Positions 33,143 through 43,100 of a stretch of DNA of 64,000 bases are shown here, piece after piece. Position 1 is the stretch's first letter. Each line of letters opens with the position of its first letter. Made by a program: the position numbers and the translations under genes. The DNA comes from Paraspadella gotoi (lineage: Eukaryota > Animalia > Chaetognatha): NCBI GenBank assembly GCA_051294375.1, contig CM119268.1:1943486-2007485 (forward strand), read 5' to 3'. A model generated the notes under the pieces. It was not told where the DNA came from. It saw only the letters and a list, made by a program, of their open reading frames with translations, and did not search any database.

Positions 33143-34243
33143 AGCATGAAACAGCCGTGGAAATTAGCGGATGAAAGGGTATAATTATGGTTCGGTTCGT
33201 CGCGGCGGATTTATCGAGTCTGTCGTCGAGATCGTCGTCGTCGTCACTGTCGTCGTTCGTGCCAACGAGAGTCCGGAGTTTGAAAAACGAGAGAGCGTAA
33301 CGCGCGGATCCGCGATTTAATGACCGAATCCAACAACAAACAGGAGGACGCCGCGCCGGAACGCTGGTCCCGCAGCGTCGGAACGTTGAGCCGCAGAGCC
33401 GCGATTTTTGGGGGGGGACAGCAGCGCCCGAGATTTGCGGAGTTTTTTTTTTTTTTAAAGGAAATATAAAGAAAAAAAAGGATATAGGTACAATGAAATT
33501 CACAAAAGAGTAATTACAACCAGCGAGACTATTTTAAAGTGCTTCTCAGATCTAGGAAACAGTCTACAATTTTTAAACTTATTAATTTAAACTGAATGAG
33601 TCAATGCTTTTTTTATTGGCCAATTCTTTAAAAATTGAAATAAAAAACTGAGAAGAAAAGATTCTGATCTCTCCTTGGATTTTACATCCCCAAATTGTCG
33701 GGAGTTGAAACCACGAACAAACAAACCCGATCTTCTAAGGGTGGGACCCCAAAAATTAGGGGCGACTAGATGGAATTGAAAAGGCGGGGGGGGGGTGAGG
33801 GGCGGAGCGATCGCAGCGGCTTTTTCTTTCCATTCGGTTGAATCTCTTGAATGAGAAAAATCACGGACTCATTCGTTTCATTTCAAAACCACAAAATGTT
33901 TTCGGTCCATCGTTTGTTCCACCAAATTTTCTTTTATTCGCTGGTTCTCTCTCTTTTTTTCCTTTTCTTTACTCTCTCTCTCTCTCTCTCTGAGTCTTTC
34001 GCTAATCTTTCCCCCCCGATTCTGTTCCAGTTCCTTTTTTTTCCCATATGATTAACAAATTTTTTAAATATTTTTTTTATTTTACTTTTTATTGTCAATT
34101 TAGCGATTTTCTTTCCTTCATTTTTCACTCCTTTCCCTTCATATTTCATTCGCCTTTCCCATCTTTTTTCTTTCCCTTCATCATTAGTTTTTCCTTTTAA
34201 TTTCATTCTTGCCTCTTCGTTTCTCGCTCTCCATCATTTTTCA

Positions 34244-34282
<39 letters not shown>

Positions 34283-36640
34283 CGCTTGAGTCTTCGCGTG
34301 TCATCTCTCTCTCTCTCTCCAAAGATCGACGGCGATGATAAAGATCCTTTCGCCGCCGGTGGACGAGAACGAAGGGACCAGTTCGGAAACGACGACGACG
34401 ACGACGACGACGAAATAAACGAAATCAGAAAAACGATGAACCAGAACTTCGTTCGACGAATTCAATAGAAAAGGAAAGGGAAAACAGAAAGATGATTGAA
34501 GATTAAATAAATGGCAATGATTAAAATTGTTATATGACAGCACACGAATTGCTCAGCCATGCTATTGCTATTCAAAGTATAGACTTTGGTTGACGAATTA
34601 TCCTATAATTCTTGAAATATTTATAAATTTCCAATGTTTACACCCTCCGCAAATTTAAAACAAAGAACCGATTCCTTTCTCAAAATTCTCAACGAAACAT
34701 TCCACCTGCCACGTGACCATAAAAGGAAATGGAGATTTTAATCAAAACCTCCGCCGGAGGAAAAATCCACTTTTCAAAAGTCACCAAATTTGGTCAGAAA
34801 AATGGAGAAAAGACCCCACGTGAAGATTTCCGGAGTTTAATTCAAAACGTTGGTGACATGAAATGCGGATGACCATAAAAAAGGCGCGTAGTCGAGGGGA
34901 AACGCAGAAAAGAAAAGAAAAGATTTAAATTTAGAGTTTCAGTTTTTTAAAAACAAATCATTTCTTTGAATCAATGAATGATAAAAGGGAGAACTAGAAA
35001 TGTTAACTAGAAATGTCAGAAAAAACAAAAATAAAAAAATGACAAACTGAAAAATAAATACGATTTTGAATATACGTCCTGCCCTGTCTGAAGGATTTGA
35101 TATACAATAATAAAATGAGTGGCAAAGGTTTTTTTGGGCTGTTTACTTTTATATACAATGAAACAATCTTTTTTAAGCAACAAGGCGTCGTGGATGTTTT
35201 CAAAACATTTAGTCGTTTTTATGCGCGCGCATTGTATTGCATATGATAAAAGCTATATATGTTAATATCTTTCAGTGGTCGTTTCTGAACATGACAGTGT
35301 TATGTCTTATCTTCAATTCACCTGATTTTAAGCTTTTCGTCACTATCCAAAACCAATTTAATTTTAAGATTATAACGGATATGCTTAAATTGTCAAATAA
35401 TTTATGTAATTTCTTTCATTTTAGACGCTATATTATGCATTAAGAAATCTTACATGATAAATTAAATTTTATCTATTAATATCGTTAATAAATTTATTGA
35501 TAAAAGAAATCAACAATTAATATATCGTCTAAAAGCGAAAAAAAGTACTATACAAATATTTATTCAGATTTTAAAATCATTAAGAGCTTTAGAGTAATGA
35601 TTTTTTTAAATTTTGTCTCGATATAGGGTCCCACCCCTGTTTAGCACAAATTTGACAACGCAATGAAAGAAACCTAAAAAATGAAGGATTGTTTAACGTG
35701 ATTCGCTAACTCGTGAACGTACGTGGTCAAAACGAGAAATTTGGAACGAGCCGAACTAAAAAAGGGGAAAGTCCGAAAGACTCAAAGAGAGAGAGAGAGA
35801 GATAGAGAACGATACTTTCAGTTTGAAGATGAAAAGAATTTAAACCATAGCGCGAAATCGGCGAAGCGAACGACCCAGATCGATGGGGATCGGAAGGGGG
35901 GAGAGGGGGGGGAGGGGTGGGCGGATTGGTAAGCGCTATGCGGGAGAGCGGGAGAGGGAGGAAACCAGGAAGAGCGGGAAAAGGAAGAGGAGAAGGGGGA
36001 AGGAATCGATGAAGCGACGCAACGTCGAGAAGGAGAGCGAGTGGGGAGACAGAGAGAGAGAGAGAGACCGAGTTGGCGAGAGGAAACGAGGCGTGCGACG
36101 GCGGAGCGTTGGCGGGAAAGATCTTTCCCACGGATAAAAAAACAAAATTGGACGCGATGGGCGAGAAGGAAAAATCCAAGGGGTAAGTTTGAAGTGGCGC
36201 AGTTTGGTGAGTCTATTGCGAAAGGCCGAGATGGAATGAGAATGCTGAGGCGAAAAAGAAAAACTTTTTTTTACAGAAAATAGAGAAATAGAAAATTGGA
36301 AACTCTCAATCAGTCAAGGTCGGGAAAATTCGGGAAAGAAGGAAGGGGCGACTTTTATCGAAAAATTCAACTTTAAAAATTACTGGTGAAACTTAGTCCA
36401 TACGGTATAATAATAAAATTACAGCGTGTTGACTGTATGTACATAGAGAATAGAAAATCTAAAGAATTTTTTTTATTTTTTTAAACTCGGATGAGAGATT
36501 AAAAAGTGAAGAGAGAAAGGGGTTCGGATTAAATCCGCGCCAGGAGAGAGCGCGGTTTGACACACGATTCATCGTGAAAAACAAATGGCCAACAGCCCAG
36601 TTTCATTATAACTAATCTTATTGACAATAAGATTGGTACA

Positions 36641-36975
36641 ATAAAATTGGTACCACCAATTTAAATTGTATACAATAATATTGTATTGTGGCAGCAAGAT
36701 TTAAAGCTGCCTCACTGCTGTCCGTCCTCAGCCTCGTCTCAATGGCTGAGCAGGCTAAATCATCTCATTCCATCCGTGCGTCCCGGGTTCAATCCCTGGG
36801 TATCCCGGTTCTGGCTTAAATGTGACGGTGCCGGTATAAACATGCCAGTGACAGGAGGCGGTCACTGAGGGTCCGCAGCCCCTACGCCAGTTGGTGAGAT
36901 ACCCCGCGCCCCGGGTATCACAGGCTATCCTCCCGTTGCCATAGTATACAATTTAAATTGGTGGTACAATTTTAT
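36641..36975 (+). mobile_element. TIR-flanked element containing a tRNA-derived (A box/B box) SINE-like head
   Basis: ataaaattggtaccaccaatttaaattgtatac (36641-36673) is the inverse of gtatacaatttaaattggtggtacaattttat (~36944-36975), one indel. Internal tggctgagcagg is A-box-like and gggttcaatccc is B-box-like. The interior is GC-rich in AT-rich flanks. Confidence 0.55.
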
Positions 36976-39900
36976 TTTTAATTATACTTTTTTATATTTC
37001 ATAGCATTTGCAATTGTGAACGCACAGATAATCAGATTCAGTCTCAACACACATACTTTTTGCACCAAAAAACTAGCGGATGGAATATGGCGCAGCACGA
37101 TTTGGGGAGAATATTACTAATAATAATAATAATAATATTATTATTAATTTATTATTATTAAAATTTTCCTAACCTTGGCTCAGTAACCTAACGTACGGCT
37201 TACTATAAAATGACTCAAAAGCTTTGTTTTACAATCATGATTTTTATTTTAATTAGATGCCATCCAGCTATAAATTCAATGCAATACCATAAACGAAATA
37301 CATAAATTGCGGAATTATGTTAATTTTTGCCAGATAAGTTTACAACAGTGAAAACAACACAGTAATGACAAAGGACATCTTATGATGCTCAGTTGAAAAG
37401 TTGGATTTGTGTAAATCTTTCCCTTGTAAACAACTTGGTATCGATAAATCTTATTATAACTAAATAAATGGTTAGACTCTAACAGAAACAAACGCATAAG
37501 TGTGCCGTATTTAATTAAAATAATAAAAACGAAAAATAAAAGCACCAGTATTAACAGAAATTATATTTTGTAAGGCTGTTAAGTACCAAAGACGATATTC
37601 CGAAGAATAACGACGGATAGAGGAAAGGAAATCAAAAATAAAAAAAGAGGAACATAAAATCGTTTGTTTGTTTGTCGAATGAAATAAAACTATGGACGGC
37701 TGTTGGCTAAATAAAAACGTATATCAGTCGGTAACTCGTTTCCGATATGAACGAAGAGAAGAAATAAATAATGAAATGTATTGAGCAAATTGAATCCCGA
37801 CGCCTCGCGGGCGATAGTCTTTTGTTTCCACCAAAGACAATGGGGTCAAGAAGAAATTTCAGGAATTAATTCCTCGTTTCAATTCGAAAATATTTTGGTC
37901 ACTATTACCATTATCAAAATTAACCCTGTATAGACAAATGTTATTAGTTTATTTGTAATAACCGCTTTGCAGTTAAACCCCGGGTGTGTGATTGTGTGTG
38001 CGTTTGTGCGCGTTTACCTCACATTAAAAAGGATACCATCTAATTATTAATATATATATATTCAAATGTTAGTTCTACAGTGCAAAAAAATATATATATA
38101 TTCCCTGCCTCATTCGACTAAATACCCCGGGTGAATTCTCTTTTTTAATCTAAACCTTTCTAAAATACTTAATTCAACTATTTACTACATATTTAATTAT
38201 CACAGCGCGCTGAAAGAGAGAGTTAACTTTCATTTATTAGGTCAAAATTATGGCTTGCTCCCGTTGTTTGTTCTCTGTATCTCCAACTAACAAGGAATAT
38301 CATACTTGTGCTGATTCACTCTTGGGACAAAACGGCTTTATTTAATTTTTTTTTCGAGTCATTAGATTTAAACGAAAAAGGGAATGCACGCATTACACTA
38401 GAATGAGGCATTTAGGCATTACCACCATTTTACAAAATTTTTCCATGCACTTTGTAACTATTATTACTATCATGATGTTATCATAGCAGTTATACTAATT
38501 CAACACATATATAACATGCCCTCATCATTATACATCCATGCCCTTACAATAAATTGTATAAAAGTCATTATCAAAATATGATTTAAATCTGAAACAACAT
38601 TTCCTTCCGGAAAAACGAAGCATGAACATCTGAAGAATTTTCATAACGTTATCTACTAGTAGAGTCAGAAAAATGTCAAAGCATCCAAAGAACCTAGAAA
38701 ATATTCACATATCATGCAGAATACTTGCGGGTTCTCTGATTTCTACACTACTAAAATAAAGATGGTTAAATTCTATGTAGGAAGAGCCACAAACTTTAAA
38801 TAAAATATAATGTTTTCAAAGATCCAACCCCCCCCCAAAAAAAACAACCAAAAAATGAGATCATAAAACTTTTAGAGAGATAAAAACGTAAACAAAAGTA
38901 AAAGCCAATAAATTAATGTAAAACTAAAATTTCGCAAATCGACAATAAAAATAAATGGCTAAGTTTAATGTAGAAGCAAGTGATTTCCAAGTGACAGTAT
39001 ATAAATGGCATCAATATCGTAGGTTAAATGTGATCTCGCACACACAAAAATATCTTCAACGTTAAAAACAAACAAAAAAAAATTGTTGGTGGACAAAAAA
39101 TAAATAAATGGGCGGCATGATAATCTTTTAATTTCATATAGTGCTCACCACAAAATGACTAGCGGCGAATGAGTCGTGATCAGCGTTTGTGATCTGAAAT
39201 TCTCACAGGTTACACGGAGTTCTTAACTTATTTTCTGGAGGGGCCAGCGGGGACATTTGAGACCACTTTGACTGTGAGATGAAGCGCGTCTCTTTTTTAA
39301 CTATTTAGGCCTTAAAAACGGCGAACGTAAAATAACCGTACTTGTAAATATTCAAGTATATAAGATAATAACAATCGTAATAATCATATATCGTGAAACG
39401 AAAATAGGAAAACCTTCGATTTACGTATATATAGTTTTTTTTTTTCGTTGAAATCGAACCGTTTGAGTTAGAAAAGTGAAGACGGTAAAATATAAAACAT
39501 TTCTTCCAGTGCAGAAAACTCTTGCTTTTTTTTTCCAGTGCACTTTTTTTATTCTTTTTTTTTTGGTTGTTGTTTGTTATTCGACAATCACAGGGTCACT
39601 TGTTTCACTGACAATATAACGAGAAAATAAAGGAAGTAATGACTTTTTTTCCTTAAAGTGTTCCGTTATGAAATAAGTTATCACATACGAAGAGCGGGTG
39701 TATTAACGAGTGCGTAAACGTAAAAGAGCGGGAAAGAGAAAAAGCGTGACGCGTTCAACGAACCAACGAAAAAAAACGCGTCAATTTTTCTCTTCGCTCA
39801 CATTTATTTTTTTTTCAGCGCAGACGTTCCGTAATGTTTGAGGGGGTGGGGAAGGTGGGATGCGTCATTGTAAGCGCAGAAAGTAAATACCTCTTTTTGT

Positions 39901-40100
39901 TGTTGTTATTGTTTTTTTTTGTTGTTGTTTTTAATGGTGAAATAAACAAGAAGCCGTAGAATGTGGATGTTAGATTTTTTTTTTTTGGTTTGCTTTCGAA
40001 AACGAGTAGTACCCGTTTCGAATTGACGAGAAAAAACAAAAGCTCAAGTGCCAAAAAGATCTCCCAAAGACGAGAAAGTCTCTTCCTCCTTCTCTCCGCC

Positions 40101-43100
40101 TCAAACCATGGCCTTGTCATCATGATGGCTCCCAGTGCCCGACGACCGAGACCCGCCTCGGTTGCTGGGAATCCCGTAGTGGCTTCCACTATGATGACCC
40201 CCTGAGAAAAAAAAAGGCAAGAGTCAGACTATTTAGCAAAATAACAACTTTTTGAAAAGCTTCGTCGTATCTCGCGCGGTTTCAACACGAGCGATTGGTT
40301 AATATTTTAATGCTTTTGTCTTGTTTTGTCTCGTCTCTTTCATGTCGAGACTTGCCCACTTTCAACTTTTAACAATTGTTTAACAACAACTTTAATAATT
40401 CTAACATTAACGAGTTAATGTTAATTAACGAGTGAATTCTAACATTAACTCGTTAATGTTAATTAACGAGTTAATTCTAACATTAACGAGTCTCACATCC
40501 TCGTCGATTCCATTTCCTCCTCCCTCCTCACCAGCGGCGGCGTGGACCGAGGACCCGGCGGCGCCGATGCCCACGAGCCCGCCGGATGTGGAGTGGGTGG
40601 AACAGGAGGTGGGGCAGGTGGGTTCGTGGTGGCCGCGAGGGTAGTAAGTACCTCCGCCCCCACCAGCGCCACCGCCACCGCCGGAACCGGCCACTCCCGA
40701 TCCCGGCACCGGCCCGCCCACCCCCAAGGGGGTCTCGGGATCTCGGGGGCCGAAGCCGTAGACGCGATGGAGAACGACTTCGACGACGAAGGTGACGAGG
40801 GAGAGGATCAACCCGACGAGGGGAATGAGAAAGGCAGTGTAGACATCTTGGGGGGGATAAGGAAATCCTTTATTATTCCAATATTTATAAAAAATATATA
40901 TATATATTTAACGATGACAACTCGGGACTCACCGTTGAGAGAAATCTGTACATTGGCGGGACCTTTGTTGCTGGAGGAGAAGAGATTGTTGGGGTGATTG
41001 AGCAGGTGGGGAGATATCGAGGACTCGGCGGCGAAGGCGGAGGCGCTAACGGTGACGTCGGAGGCGGTCTCCCCGCCGCCGCCGCAATGTCCGCCACCGG
41101 TGAACCATTTTCTTAAAGAGGGGGGGAGAAAGAAGAATGAGAGGTTTGGCTTTTTTTTAAAAAAATGTTACTCGAGACATTTATATAACAAGTATTCATA
41201 AAAACTATTCATATGACAAATGTTATCCTCACTGTTGCTACAATTTCTTTATCAACAGAACTCGTTTTAGCGTCTTGGAAACTCGATTCTTCGGTTTCCC
41301 CAAACGACGCGACTTTGTGAAAAAAATCTATTGTGAAAAAGTCGCGTCGAGAAAAACAATTCGTTTCTCAATTCGCATTCACGGTATCAGAAATCGTGAG
41401 TCGAGACAATAGACAAGAAGCCAACGCTCGAGACTAAAGAAACAAAAGCCCTCAAGTGAAGCCCGAGTTCCTTTTGTATTTAACGACGCTGACTCGTTTA
41501 AAATTCCTTCTTCAGTCACACGAGCTAAACTGAGATCGATCAAACAGAATCTGCGTCTTATTCGAATATTTCCGATTTGCTATTTTTTCGAAATCTTCGA
41601 CGTCAAAAAATTTAAAAAAAAATCAATTCCGAAAAAGAAATTCGCAACAAAATGAAGTTTTTAAGAAGAACGTCGAGCAATTACGCCCAGGAACTCTCCA
41701 ATATTTTTTGCCGATCGCGCGAACATCCGCAAATCGTGAGTCGACGACGACGTTCGACGGGGATGCCTTTTTTGGTCAAGACGGCGCCGGTCCAGCGGAC
41801 GAGCCTTTCCGTCTTCGCCGCATCCACGCGCACCGACGCGCGTCAAGTCCACCGAGTTCGTCGTATGATCGAGTCTTCGCCGGAGGAAATGTTTCAAGTC
41901 GTCGCCGACGTCGACGCTTACGAGAACTTTCTGCCCTTTTGCGCCAAGAGCGAAATCCTGGAGAGACGCGGCGACGACCTGTTCCGGTGCCGACTTCACG
42001 TCCGATTTCCACCGTTCGCCGAGAGCTTCGATTCCGAGGTGCGGGGTTTGGGCCCATTAACAAATGGTCAGCTGTAACTAACAGTTTTGGTCACCCGTCT
42101 AAAAATTTTAAACTTATGAAATAACGATCGCTTTTGCAGACTCATAATAATGAAATTATAATTTTTTTTTTTTTAGGTGGAGATTGTTCGCCCTCATCGC
42201 ATCAGAGTCATCGGCGAATCCGGAAATCTCTTCCGGCGCCTCAAGGCCGAGTACCGCTTCCATCCGGTACCGACTGGGCCCTCAGGCGGAACAACGAAAT
42301 GCCTTCTCGACTTTTCTATCGCCTACGAATTGCAGAATCCGTGGCTGGGGTCCATCGCCAACGCGGCATTCGCATCAGTGCAACGACAACAGATCGACGC
42401 TTTCGTCGCGCGAGCGACGAAGTTATTCGGGAAGAAGGAAACAACAGAAACCAAGTCCGGGGAACGATGCAGTTATTAGATTAATTTAAAGTAGTGATTC
42501 TCTAACAAATGTAGAACGCAATAAATGAGTTGCAAAGTGATGATATTTTCAACGTGTCATCCTTTATACAAAATTTCTTTGTATGAAAACCGTTCGGGAG
42601 CGCAAGAGTTTTCTTTTTTTTTAATTGGGAGAAAATTGTATTCTAGTTCTACTGGCGCGCCAACGCATTTTATCATTAATAAATTCTCACAATCCCGAAA
42701 CCTGTGTTTTGTCTTCTGTTTCAAAACAAGAAACTTACCTGTAAAGAGATTGAAGATACCCATTTTCTTGAAGCTGCAGTAAAGCAAGACTAAGTGCGTC
42801 TCTCAAGGAAGAGTTCTGAGGCGTGGCAAGACCGTAGGCAATCATGTTGATGTCTCCCGGATGAACCTGAAAGCAATAAGTTTATTGTCATTATTGCCGA
42901 AACGATTTAAATCAATTAAACCCGTATAAGTTATTATTATGAACCTAAGAGCAATAAGTCTATTGTCAAAGGAGCGGAGCCTTACCACAAGCTCGCAATG
43001 TCGCGACGCGGAGTAATCGGCCATGACCCTTTCCAAGAAAAAGGCAAAGGGTTCCCTCAGCGCCCGCTGGACCCCTTCGGACACGGAGCCGACGAAGAGC

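Noticed and set aside
33141-36283. GC-rich islands with short ORFs in the gene-poor region
   Set aside because: No recognisable domains or consistent splice pattern; the translations are low-complexity.
36740-36806. Functional tRNA gene
   Set aside because: A/B-box-like motifs are present, but I could not fold a convincing acceptor stem and anticodon arm.
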